From a virus, in the IMG/VR virus record IMGVR_UViG_3300020446_001812, positions 32,001 through 96,000 of that record: a stretch of 64,000 nt of DNA. One strand, written 5' to 3'. Below the pieces are notes generated by a model. It saw only the letters and a program-made list of their open reading frames with translations, was not told where the DNA came from and made no database searches. Positions 56,047-64,000 of this stretch are shown piece by piece (positions within the stretch are counted from its first letter, which is position 1; each line of letters opens with the position of its first letter). The position numbers were made by a program, and so were the translations under genes.

Positions 56047-56545
56047 GCCCATATTTACTCCAATCTGTAAATTTTTGATCATCTAGCAGATTGTGTAGTC
56101 TATGGCACCAAACGCCTGGATTAGATGCCTTAAAGTCTTTGTCGTCAATTTTCAACATAGTGTTGTAATTCCACTGTCGTATGTAAGGCACAGGAACACG
56201 CAGTTGTGGAATAAAATTATCATACTCTGTTAAACCGCTTTCTAAAAAATCTTCAGCTACAGCAATAGGAATATCAAGTGAACAAAGATAACCTTCTTTC
56301 AAAAATTCTTTTATCATATTTGTCCATTCACTCAAATGTTCAGAAGTAGTAGGATTAAAACTATGATTAGCACCAAAGAAAACATGTTCACATTTTTGTT
56401 TTGCATAATAGTACATTATGTTTTCAACATCCTGCACACCATCAACAAACAATGTTTTCAAACCATAAGCAGGTGTTTTTTCAACTTCAGTACCTACAAA
56501 CAATGTAGGTGTATCCAAAGATCCTTGCTGGTAATCTCTTTTCAT
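56027..56545 (-). CDS. Hypothetical protein in the deazaguanine neighbourhood
   Basis: 172 aa; FVGTEVE.TP, HVFFGAN.SF, KIDD..F..SNPGVWCH. Confidence 0.7.
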   Translation of the reverse strand: MKRDYQQGSLDTPTLFVGTEVEKTPAYGLKTLFVDGVQDVENIMYYYAKQKCEHVFFGANHSFNPTTSEHLSEWTNMIKEFLKEGYLCSLDIPIAVAEDFLESGLTEYDNFIPQLRVPVPYIRQWNYNTMLKIDDKDFKASNPGVWCHRLHNLLDDQKFTDWSKYGLDKVIK

Positions 56546-56700
56546 CCAGCAAACCTATCGATTAATGCTAATACAGTTACATAACCAAAATATAAAAATA
56601 CACATGTAATACAGAACTTTAGGAACTTGTTCATTCCGTCATCTGCCATTATTTCCCAGTGTGGGCGTGTATCTGGTTTTCTGTTCCATGGTAGTTTCAT
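56542..56700 (-). CDS. Small membrane protein (52 aa, not in ORF track)
   Basis: MKLPWNRKPDTRPHWEIMADDGMNKFLKFCITCVFLYFGYVTVLALIDRFAG; GGAG RBS; ATGA overlap with the next gene. Confidence 0.6.
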   Translation of the reverse strand: MKLPWNRKPDTRPHWEIMADDGMNKFLKFCITCVFLYFGYVTVLALIDRFAG

Positions 56701-56702
56701 TC

Positions 56703-56876
56703 TTATCTCCCTAAAAATCTTTTAGCGGCATTTATAGGATTTCTTAAACCTTCATATGTATCATTTATAAATCCTATATGTTTATTAAGTTTAGCATTAA
56801 GTTCATCTAAAGTCAACTGTATTTTGTCTACTTTTTTCTTTAATTCTTCAATATCTTTTTCTAAATTTTTACTCAT
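56703..56876 (-). CDS. Small coiled-coil protein (57 aa, not in ORF track)
   Basis: MSKNLEKDIEELKKKVDKIQLTLDELNAKLNKHIGFINDTYEGLRNPINAAKRFLGR; fills the gap between coupled genes. Confidence 0.6.
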   Translation of the reverse strand: MSKNLEKDIEELKKKVDKIQLTLDELNAKLNKHIGFINDTYEGLRNPINAAKRFLGR

Positions 56877-57267
56877 CACGCATAGCCTTTTTTTGTAAAC
56901 TTAATTTTTCTTTTGCACTCATTAAATATGCCGCACCAGCTAATACAAGTATAGCGGCCGCTTCTGCAATAAGCACCCAAGGATCAGCATCTTTAGAATG
57001 TAATACTATCAATCTACATAAAGCAGTCATAGCAATAATAATTGGTAATGTTACAGGAATTCTATTGCTTATAAAGTAAGCACCAACCATACCTACTATT
57101 TCTGTATATATAAAAAGTAAAAATAAATCAGCAAGCTCTATTTTTCTGACTAGAAACATATCATATACATCTAATCCTGCCGCAAACACAGTTAATATTC
57201 CAATTACTGCCAACATAACTTTTTCTGTTGCAACAGTTGTCCAATGTAATCTATTATTATTAAACAT
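56869..57267 (-). CDS. psiE: Phosphate-starvation-inducible PsiE family membrane protein
   Basis: LADLFLLFIYTEIVGMV..YF...RIPV.LPIIIAMTAL.RLIVL; 4 TM segments. Confidence 0.8.
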   Translation of the reverse strand: MFNNNRLHWTTVATEKVMLAVIGILTVFAAGLDVYDMFLVRKIELADLFLLFIYTEIVGMVGAYFISNRIPVTLPIIIAMTALCRLIVLHSKDADPWVLIAEAAAILVLAGAAYLMSAKEKLSLQKKAMRDE

Positions 57268-57470
57268 TATCCTAAAGCCTTTAATTCTCTTTCTATACGG
57301 TGTATTTCATCTTTTAACCATAATTTTTTTGTTTTCATCCGGTTTACAATTTCTTCTTTTTCAAAACTTTTGTATAAACTTTTTATTTCATCATCTAATG
57401 TTCGATGTTTTTTATAAAGTTCTTGCAAATGTATTGCTAACTTATTGTGTTTCTCCGTAAAGTTGCTCAT
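57267..57470 (-). CDS. DUF465/YdcH-like small coiled-coil protein
   Basis: L...HR.LD.EI......RMK.KKL.LKDEI. Confidence 0.7.
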   Translation of the reverse strand: MSNFTEKHNKLAIHLQELYKKHRTLDDEIKSLYKSFEKEEIVNRMKTKKLWLKDEIHRIERELKALG

Positions 57471-58989
57471 TTTCTAAATCCTCCAGTTTTGTTTCATCTA
57501 ATACAGGTTCATCATCTTGCTCTTTGTCATCACCAACGTCAAACATAGCATAAAATTGTGTGTCCGCATTCAAAGTTTTCTTTCCTACATTACCTCTAGT
57601 GCCAGGAATAGCCATATAAAATCTACTGTGTTCTTCAATTAATTTTAATGCCTTTTCTTTGTCATCAGTTGCAAATATTGCTTCCACAACATCTCTGAAA
57701 AATACCCTGTCAAATTGTTCTTGTACAAGCATTTTAGGAATTGTTCCCGCATCATACTGTCTGTTTGCTTCTTGTACTGCATTTATATGACTCCAAACAT
57801 TGTGTCCCATTTGTATTGCATAGCTGAAGCTATCCCAGCTAGTTTTGCCTTCTTTACCTATTTTATTCAAGTCTCCAGGAGCATATGTACAAACGTCTGA
57901 TACTTTGAGTTCTGAAGTGATAGGTGAGTCTTCAAAGTTTTTAAATATCCCATCTGATATAACAGCGTCTTTAAACAAGCGGTTGTCTGAAGCATATTTT
58001 TTATCGTCAACTGACGGCACCATTCGATATGTCCATTTCGTTCTGTCCGCAGTTTCATTTTGTATGTATAATTGTCCATTTGCGGTGGCAAGAAAAGGAC
58101 TAGCACAATCAAAAGTAATAGTATAGTTTTCATTATGATGCTTTCTTATTGCTCGTTGAATATCAGTCAGTAATACTGCCCATTCTAATTTACTTGTACC
58201 TAGAAAATGCATTATATCTTGTACACCTTTTTCTAGTAATCCATCATAACGCAATGACACAAGGCGTTTAAGTACAAGATGAACGTCACACATATTTTGT
58301 CCGCCCATTGACCAGCCATTAAAATGTTCGTTTGGATACTGTTTTGGGTCTGAATATTTTTTCATTCTCTGATACCAATCTTCTGCATCAGCATGTGTTT
58401 CACCTTGTAAAACATTTAGAAACTTACAGTTACCATTTCTCTTTTTAATAAACCAATCATTGTTTATATAAGTACCTTCAACTGCTTCCGCATATGTTGT
58501 TATACCAGTTGCTTTTTGTCCAGCTGGAGAACGTGCTACCCAAGCCGGAATATCAAGGATCATACCATAGTCCATATAGGCATCCATCCAAGTTAACACT
58601 TGTTCACGTTTCTTTTGTGCTTTTGGGCAGTTAGGATCTTTCCAATTGCCCTCCCAAACACCTTTACCAATTTGGAAGCCTCCTGAATCACCTAAAATCC
58701 AGCTTGTCTTCCTATCTCTGTTTCGGACCATGTCTTCTTTTGGTGAATGTTTATTTGTATCAAGTTCAGCATGTCCTGCACTGTATAGAGTAAAATGGTA
58801 ATTAAACAATCCTTGTTTTGGATTTAGATAGTTTAGACTTTCAACACCATTTGTAAAGTTAGACGGAATACGTGATTTTTCTACATATTCGTCAAACCTT
58901 TGCTTGCCTACATAAGTTGCAAAAAAGCCACTTAGTGCAGGTAAAAAAACAGCATAATCATTTTGTGTTGCAGTTAAGTCTTTATTCAT
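57442..58989 (-). CDS. TGT-fold guanine transglycosylase, DpdA-like (DNA 7-deazaguanine insertion)
   Basis: GDSGGFQ, LDIP, NVLQG, GWSMGG, HFLG and FDCAS appear in TGT order; no C-terminal Zn Cys motif; folE and queE nearby. Confidence 0.75.
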   Translation of the reverse strand: MNKDLTATQNDYAVFLPALSGFFATYVGKQRFDEYVEKSRIPSNFTNGVESLNYLNPKQGLFNYHFTLYSAGHAELDTNKHSPKEDMVRNRDRKTSWILGDSGGFQIGKGVWEGNWKDPNCPKAQKKREQVLTWMDAYMDYGMILDIPAWVARSPAGQKATGITTYAEAVEGTYINNDWFIKKRNGNCKFLNVLQGETHADAEDWYQRMKKYSDPKQYPNEHFNGWSMGGQNMCDVHLVLKRLVSLRYDGLLEKGVQDIMHFLGTSKLEWAVLLTDIQRAIRKHHNENYTITFDCASPFLATANGQLYIQNETADRTKWTYRMVPSVDDKKYASDNRLFKDAVISDGIFKNFEDSPITSELKVSDVCTYAPGDLNKIGKEGKTSWDSFSYAIQMGHNVWSHINAVQEANRQYDAGTIPKMLVQEQFDRVFFRDVVEAIFATDDKEKALKLIEEHSRFYMAIPGTRGNVGKKTLNADTQFYAMFDVGDDKEQDDEPVLDETKLEDLENEQLYGETQ

Positions 58990-58992
58990 CCG

Positions 58993-59721
58993 TTACTTAC
59001 TCTGTGCTGGAAGAATATAATCGTATTTTGTCATGCCGCTATCTACACTTATCATCATTGCGCCTTGATCTGAAATACTCATAGTAGCATCTCCATCTAA
59101 GTTTAGGATTGCTTGTACTTGTGCAACTGGCCAACTCCATGTATGTGCAAGTGTACCTTCAATACCGTGTTGGAATACAAATTCACCTGCGTGTGTACTT
59201 GCATCGCCAAAACTAAAAACTAAATTGTTATCTACAGTTTTAACATTGAACACAGGTTCTTCAGTATGAGCCGCACTCATTAACTTCATTCTTGCAATTG
59301 ATGCTACACTTGGTTGAAAAGTAACGTTCCAAGTTGCTCCTTTAAATTTAACTGTCTTTAGTTTCTCTTCGATAATTTGTTTGTTCATAAACCTATAATC
59401 GTTTTGAAAGTCACCTGCGGCATTTTCAAAGTGAATATGCGTAGGAACAGTTTCACCATTGCGTTCTGCCTCGACAACATCAATCTTTGCATCTTTTTGA
59501 TACTCAGGATTTTTTAAATGTAGTGCAAGTTTATCTAAATTTGGCATTCCGAAAGTACCTTTAAACTCAGATACTGGCGAATGTGTCTGTGCTGATAGAA
59601 TAACGCTTCTATCTTCCGCCATTGAGTCTATAGCAGTGCCTTCTTCGTTGCTTATTTTAACTAAACTTAGAAATCCTAGCGAATGTGTATGTGCTACGAT
59701 ATCTTGTAAAATGTCTTTCAT
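58993..59721 (-). CDS. Probable DNA polymerase sliding clamp
   Basis: 242 aa, alternating beta/alpha pattern, clamp-like C-terminal YDYILPA; near the DNA polymerase. Confidence 0.5.
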   Translation of the reverse strand: MKDILQDIVAHTHSLGFLSLVKISNEEGTAIDSMAEDRSVILSAQTHSPVSEFKGTFGMPNLDKLALHLKNPEYQKDAKIDVVEAERNGETVPTHIHFENAAGDFQNDYRFMNKQIIEEKLKTVKFKGATWNVTFQPSVASIARMKLMSAAHTEEPVFNVKTVDNNLVFSFGDASTHAGEFVFQHGIEGTLAHTWSWPVAQVQAILNLDGDATMSISDQGAMMISVDSGMTKYDYILPAQSK

Positions 59722-60494
59722 GTGGTTTCTCCTATTTCAAGTTTTATTATATTATCTTTATTCAAAGAAGTCAAGTAGTTTTCTACACTATATTTAGGTT
59801 TAAATCCTAATGACTTAATTTTTTCCATATTTGCACAAGTCCATTGTCTTTCATATGGTGTATTTAGGCGAACAGGTACATCTGGAGCAAAGTCTGAAAT
59901 TTTAAATGGATGTCCTGTGCCTATATCTATAGTACCTGTATACTTGCTTTTCATGCAAAGTTCAATTGCATCGCATAAATCTTCTAAATGTATAAAATCT
60001 CTATAATGGGTTGTTGTATATTCTAATTTACCATCTATAAGTTTTTGTAGAAACATACCTTGTCTTGGCGAGCTGTTATATACAGTGTGAAATCTCATAC
60101 CTAATGTATTAACATATCTTTCTGCGGCTTCTTCTACACAATATTTCGAAGCGGCATATGGGTTTAGGTCTGGTTCATACGCACTGCTTGAACTTGCGTA
60201 TAGTATACGTGTGTTAGGATATCTCGCAAATAATCTTTTTGATACTTCTACATTGTTCCGCCAATAACTTGCCGGGTCATTTATACTTTCCCGTACACCG
60301 CTTTTTCCAGCAAGATGTATTATCAAATCAAAATTCTCATTTAATTCACAATCGTATAAATCATGACTATTGTTAAAATGATCTCTATCCCATCCGTCTT
60401 GTAAATCGAACCCAACTACAGAATATTTTTTTGTTAATCTCTGTAATAATCTACTGCCTATAAAACCTCTATGACCAGTAAGCATTATATGCAT
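59718..60494 (-). CDS. NAD-dependent epimerase/dehydratase (extended SDR)
   Basis: TGHRGFIG, IHLAG, ASSS, YAASK (YxxxK), RDFIH. Confidence 0.9.
   Translation of the reverse strand: MHIMLTGHRGFIGSRLLQRLTKKYSVVGFDLQDGWDRDHFNNSHDLYDCELNENFDLIIHLAGKSGVRESINDPASYWRNNVEVSKRLFARYPNTRILYASSSSAYEPDLNPYAASKYCVEEAAERYVNTLGMRFHTVYNSSPRQGMFLQKLIDGKLEYTTTHYRDFIHLEDLCDAIELCMKSKYTGTIDIGTGHPFKISDFAPDVPVRLNTPYERQWTCANMEKIKSLGFKPKYSVENYLTSLNKDNIIKLEIGETT
59746..59774 (-). promoter_or_regulatory. sigma70-like promoter TTGACT-17-TATAAT upstream of the clamp gene
   Basis: agtcaa at 59769-59774 and attata at 59746-59751, followed by an AGGAG RBS. Confidence 0.7.
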
Positions 60495-61186
60495 TTTAGT
60501 TTCTCCCAAGTGTCTTGCCAGCCTGTTACTTCAATTGCATGTCCTAAATCAGCATCTATAATTATTTTCTTTAACGGATAATCGTTACCCATAACATCCA
60601 TCCTATCACCATAAAAATGTAATACATCATCTGGATGAAAGTCAATAACAATTTGACTTTTATCTTTGCCTTTAGGAGATATATCAATACCGGTTTCTCC
60701 TCCTGGTCTTGCAATAAGTTCTGGAAATTCATTGTTAAACTGTTTAGCAATTATATCACGTTCTTTAGTAGCATTATCATGATTTACATAAAGTTTACGT
60801 TCACCCATTGTTGCATTACGGCCAACTACACTAAAATTAACCATGCCAGGACGCTCTTCTATATGCAATCCTGTTCTTAAGGGAAATTTGCTTTCTTCTA
60901 GTTGTCTTATTAAAAATGCTCTTGTTATTGGTCCGATATGCCAATCATCTGTGCGTATATGTTTTTCTCCTTGCCATACATCACTGCCAGAACAGTTATA
61001 TACTCTTTGTGCAAGACTATATATTTCCTCTCCTATTTGTTCAATTGTTTTTTCTTTATCGCTACCTGTGACAAGATAGACAGAATTATTAACACAAAAG
61101 TCTGAAAAAAATACAGCAAAATCTGAATCAATTTGTCCCCTACTTGGTGTTATTGTTCCGTCAACATCAAAAATATATCTATTCAC
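60485..61186 (-). CDS. HAD-IIB phosphomannomutase-like enzyme
   Basis: FDVDGT, VTGSD, IEER.GMVNFS.VGR, GG..GIDI.P.G.DK, GD....GND. Confidence 0.85.
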   Translation of the reverse strand: MNRYIFDVDGTITPSRGQIDSDFAVFFSDFCVNNSVYLVTGSDKEKTIEQIGEEIYSLAQRVYNCSGSDVWQGEKHIRTDDWHIGPITRAFLIRQLEESKFPLRTGLHIEERPGMVNFSVVGRNATMGERKLYVNHDNATKERDIIAKQFNNEFPELIARPGGETGIDISPKGKDKSQIVIDFHPDDVLHFYGDRMDVMGNDYPLKKIIIDADLGHAIEVTGWQDTWEKLKCI

Positions 61187-61583
61187 AAACTCTCCTCCTA
61201 AGATCACTTGAACTAAAACGATGATCTCTTTTGTTAAAATGTATTTCTATATCTCTTTTCCTGCAAATATCTTTTCCTGTAAAATCTTTATCCCTATATT
61301 CTTCTCCAAGTATTCTTATATTAATTGGATACATAGATAATATATCTTCTAGATCAGATTCGGTTGCATAAGGAATAATTTCATCTACATACTCAACACC
61401 TTTCAATTGTGTATAACGTTCAACAACAGTTTGTATAGGTGCATTTTTCTCGTCTCTATCAACACTTGGATCTATTTGTAGACCACATATTAAATAATCG
61501 CATTGTTCTTTTGCTTCACGCAACATAATTACATGTCCTGCATGTAATAAATCAAATGTGCTACATGTAAATCCTACTTTCAT
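61179..61583 (-). CDS. Glycerol-3-phosphate cytidylyltransferase-like (TagD family)
   Basis: TFDLLHAGH (HxGH), YVDEII, R...SSS.LR. Confidence 0.85.
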   Translation of the reverse strand: MKVGFTCSTFDLLHAGHVIMLREAKEQCDYLICGLQIDPSVDRDEKNAPIQTVVERYTQLKGVEYVDEIIPYATESDLEDILSMYPINIRILGEEYRDKDFTGKDICRKRDIEIHFNKRDHRFSSSDLRRRVCE

Positions 61584-61584
61584 T

Positions 61585-62187
61585 TTACACTCCGTAATTA
61601 AAACTTATACTAAATCTATCTTTGTCAGAATTATTTTTTGTGACTCTGTGTGGTATCCAACTGCTGAATATATATAAATCATTAAGTTTACTTTTATATT
61701 GTGTTCTTGGTATATTATAAGATGTTGTTTCCTTAACTAATAATTTAGGAATATGCATTTCACTATTATCATTTCTTTCAAATACAATATCGCCTTGGTC
61801 TAAGTTTTCATCTGCTTCTAAATACCACACTCCACTAAATAGAGCTCCTAGTTTATCTCCATGATGTAAGTGGTTATGAACAGGATTGTCAACTCCCGGA
61901 GGATTCCTATTCACCCATATGTTATATAATTGAACATTATAAAATCCTACATCTTCACAAATATTTGACATACATTTATCGAGGTTAGTTACTAATTCTT
62001 GCACAGCATCACATTCTTCTAGGAAAATATCAGTACTATCCCAAGGTCTTTCATCCTTCATAAGTGGATTTGTTCTTTTTTGTTTGATTTTATCTAGCGA
62101 ATAATTTTTTATTTTTTTATTATCTAAATTTCCTATATTACCCTTCCAAATAACATGAGGAAATAAAACATCACTATCTAGTATCAT
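61585..62187 (-). CDS. 2OG-Fe(II) oxygenase (TIGR02466-like)
   Basis: WVN...HNH...FSGVWYL...F.SW.PH.V......R.SISFN. Confidence 0.8.
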   Translation of the reverse strand: MILDSDVLFPHVIWKGNIGNLDNKKIKNYSLDKIKQKRTNPLMKDERPWDSTDIFLEECDAVQELVTNLDKCMSNICEDVGFYNVQLYNIWVNRNPPGVDNPVHNHLHHGDKLGALFSGVWYLEADENLDQGDIVFERNDNSEMHIPKLLVKETTSYNIPRTQYKSKLNDLYIFSSWIPHRVTKNNSDKDRFSISFNYGV

Positions 62188-62576
62188 TGTAGGCTTTCCG
62201 GCATTGTAAAAAGTGCTTTAACTCCTGATCTATCTTCAGGTTGTTTTCTAGCAAATACGACCCACTTAGGGTTATAATCAAAAGACATTGTTCTATAATG
62301 TTCATAACAATATTCTTTAAAACTTGCACCAGTTGTATATACATCATCAACAATCATAGGTGGACCTACAGTTGCATATGGTTTCAATGCTCTTGCTAAA
62401 GGTAATCCTCCTCTAGGTATGCCTTCAACTGAACCGAAAGGTCTTGTTTCATAGTCCATAATCATACGAGCTATTCCCTTCCAATCATCTTTTGTAAGAG
62501 CATCACATTCTATTTTCCAATTCAGAGGTAATCCTGCATGACTTATAAAAAATTTTTTTTGAAATAAATTAGTCAA
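62184..62576 (-). CDS. Phosphoribosyltransferase (orotate PRTase-like, short)
   Basis: FISHAG...WKIEC, GIPRGG, IVDDVYTTGAS. Confidence 0.75.
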   Translation of the reverse strand: MTNLFQKKFFISHAGLPLNWKIECDALTKDDWKGIARMIMDYETRPFGSVEGIPRGGLPLARALKPYATVGPPMIVDDVYTTGASFKEYCYEHYRTMSFDYNPKWVVFARKQPEDRSGVKALFTMPESLQ

Positions 62577-62844
62577 TTAAGTCACTCCATATTTTCAATT
62601 TTTCTTTCTTTGCACCACTTCGGGCATAAACATGTTTCCAATCTAAAATACCATGTTCACACATTAAATCAATCATGCAATATACATCGCCTACTTCATC
62701 TAAAAGTTTGTTTCTTTGATCGTCTTCAATTTGTTCTTTCTCATTGTATTTTCTTATTATTTTTGAACATCTTTGTGTCAATTCTCCGCATTCCTCAGCA
62801 GTGATAATCATTAATTGTTGCAGTTTGTTAATAGGACTGTTCAT
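62569..62844 (-). CDS. MazG-like nucleotide pyrophosphohydrolase
   Basis: EECGEL...DEVGDV. Confidence 0.75.
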   Translation of the reverse strand: MNSPINKLQQLMIITAEECGELTQRCSKIIRKYNEKEQIEDDQRNKLLDEVGDVYCMIDLMCEHGILDWKHVYARSGAKKEKLKIWSDLID

Positions 62845-62845
62845 A

Positions 62846-64000
62846 TTATACTCCAAAATCAAATAGTGTATTAAAAGTTGTATTTTGTTTTGTATCTTCT
62901 AATGGATAATTCAAAACACCGATTAAGTTATCAAGTTTATTATCGATAATTGTTTCAGCCATTGCTGAATCATCAAATGGAAGTTCTTTGAACCATTCAG
63001 GCAAACGTAATTCATCTGTTGGATATGCAACACTTGTATAACCTAATGGATTTTGTTTTAGTTTACAAACAATAACCTTCATACCATCTACAATTTCTTG
63101 CGAATACTTGTCTCCGTTCATACGTTTTAGTGTATTCCAGTTGATGCTTGCTCTTACATGTCCAGGCATGTTGGCTTTACCTTGTTTTTCTTCAAGTCTT
63201 TGATAATGCCCAATTTTGTTTGCACGTTTTGGAGATCCTTTTTCCCATCCTGGCCTAGCAGAAAATTCTTTTCTAAATTGCGTAATTCTTTCTAGTACTT
63301 CTTCCTGCGGTTTTTCTTGTAATACCATCATTAGTATTTCACTTAAAAATTCTTGCATGAACACAGGAGTATCAGATCTACGCAAATCTAAGCCCATTGC
63401 TTTGACTTTGCCTGGCTTGCCATCTACATCACTTCTAAAACCTTCTACATCATAAACTAATGCCGCATAACGTTTCTTTGTAATATACAATCCGCTTTCT
63501 GCAACAATTTCTCTACCTGCCGCGATAACATCTGCTCTGCTTTTAGGACAATGAAATGCATCATACATAAAATCTTCAAATGTAGAATTTGCTTCTTCTG
63601 CAACTTGGTCATATAGGGTAATCACATTGTCTTTTGACCAAGGCAAGTTACCGTTATCTATTTCAGTTTTTAATGTAGGATAAGCCGAAAAATATACTGA
63701 GTCAGTATCTCCATAAATTACACTTTCACCTGTATGATCATACGTGCCTGTAATTACCTTGTTTACTTCTGCACTCATATGCTTTACAATAGTTCTACCA
63801 GAAAGTGTAGTAGATTGTCCAATACGTTTGTCAAAAAATCTACAACCAGGATTAAGAATAGCACCATACAAACTGTTCAAATTAATTTTCTTAACAAGTT
63901 GTCGCTTGTCCCAATATTCAATTTCAATTGCGTTGCCTGCATCTTTTGCTTTTTTAAGTTGTGCTTGTAAGTCTTTACGTTCTGAATACCAACGTTTTAG
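62846..64000 (-). CDS. Family B DNA polymerase, C-terminal part (5' end outside window)
   Basis: KINLNSLYG (motif B), YGDTDS (motif C), KKRYA, MGL...RSDTP; frame stays open to base 64000. Confidence 0.95.
   Translation of the reverse strand, partial: LKRWYSERKDLQAQLKKAKDAGNAIEIEYWDKRQLVKKINLNSLYGAILNPGCRFFDKRIGQSTTLSGRTIVKHMSAEVNKVITGTYDHTGESVIYGDTDSVYFSAYPTLKTEIDNGNLPWSKDNVITLYDQVAEEANSTFEDFMYDAFHCPKSRADVIAAGREIVAESGLYITKKRYAALVYDVEGFRSDVDGKPGKVKAMGLDLRRSDTPVFMQEFLSEILMMVLQEKPQEEVLERITQFRKEFSARPGWEKGSPKRANKIGHYQRLEEKQGKANMPGHVRASINWNTLKRMNGDKYSQEIVDGMKVIVCKLKQNPLGYTSVAYPTDELRLPEWFKELPFDDSAMAETIIDNKLDNLIGVLNYPLEDTKQNTTFNTLFDFGV

Noticed and set aside
666-63970. Numerous 60-180-aa ORFs antisense or out of frame to long genes (e.g. 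1646-2185, 11893-12303, 14563-15030, 50896-51249)
   Set aside because: They overlap well-supported genes, lack RBS or motifs, and look like shadow ORFs.
1-64000. Stop-codon reassignment or selenocysteine recoding
   Set aside because: Genes are full length and tightly coupled under code 11, and TAA, TAG and TGA all end genes at sensible positions.
1-64000. CRISPR array, tRNA/rRNA genes, introns, inteins, transposases
   Set aside because: Intergenic gaps are under ~100 bp, with no spaced repeats or cloverleaf-like sequence noticed. The visible part of the polymerase is uninterrupted. A tRNAscan/Infernal run would be needed to be certain.

Overview
AT-rich, very densely coded segment of a large lytic tailed phage, probably a marine or aquatic T4-like or jumbo myovirus with a likely proteobacterial host. 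It reads in standard code 11, and I saw no tRNA, CRISPR array or mobile element. Layout: (i) 1-5534, + strand, late tail and baseplate genes. (ii) About 5596-42208, a ~36.6-kb island of 43 genes, mostly tailoring enzymes: 11 radical SAM proteins (7 with N-terminal Twitch/SPASM, 2 with C-terminal SPASM, 2 cobalamin-dependent), 5 2OG-Fe(II)-type oxygenases each directly downstream of a radical SAM gene, 4 GT-A glycosyltransferases, 4 SGGxDS PP-loop ATP pyrophosphatases, 3 membrane di-iron desaturases/hydroxylases, 2 SGNH-like proteins, 2 methyltransferases, and single SIS, CMP-sugar synthetase, GNAT, nitroreductase, SpeD and FMN-oxidoreductase genes. A tail-fibre gene closes the island on the right. 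(iii) 42205-64000, - strand: tail fibre, MoxR/vWA pair, RNase H, a 7-deazaguanine DNA-modification neighbourhood (QueE, FolE, DpdL-like T-fold, TGT/DpdA-like, plus glycosyltransferase, PRTase and HhH glycosylase), PsiE, probable sliding clamp, sugar-nucleotide enzymes, MazG and the 3' part of a family B DNA polymerase. The best candidate for an undescribed system is the tailoring island in the tail region. The second is the atypical deazaguanine cluster. All functional calls come from motif reading only; no database searches were run.
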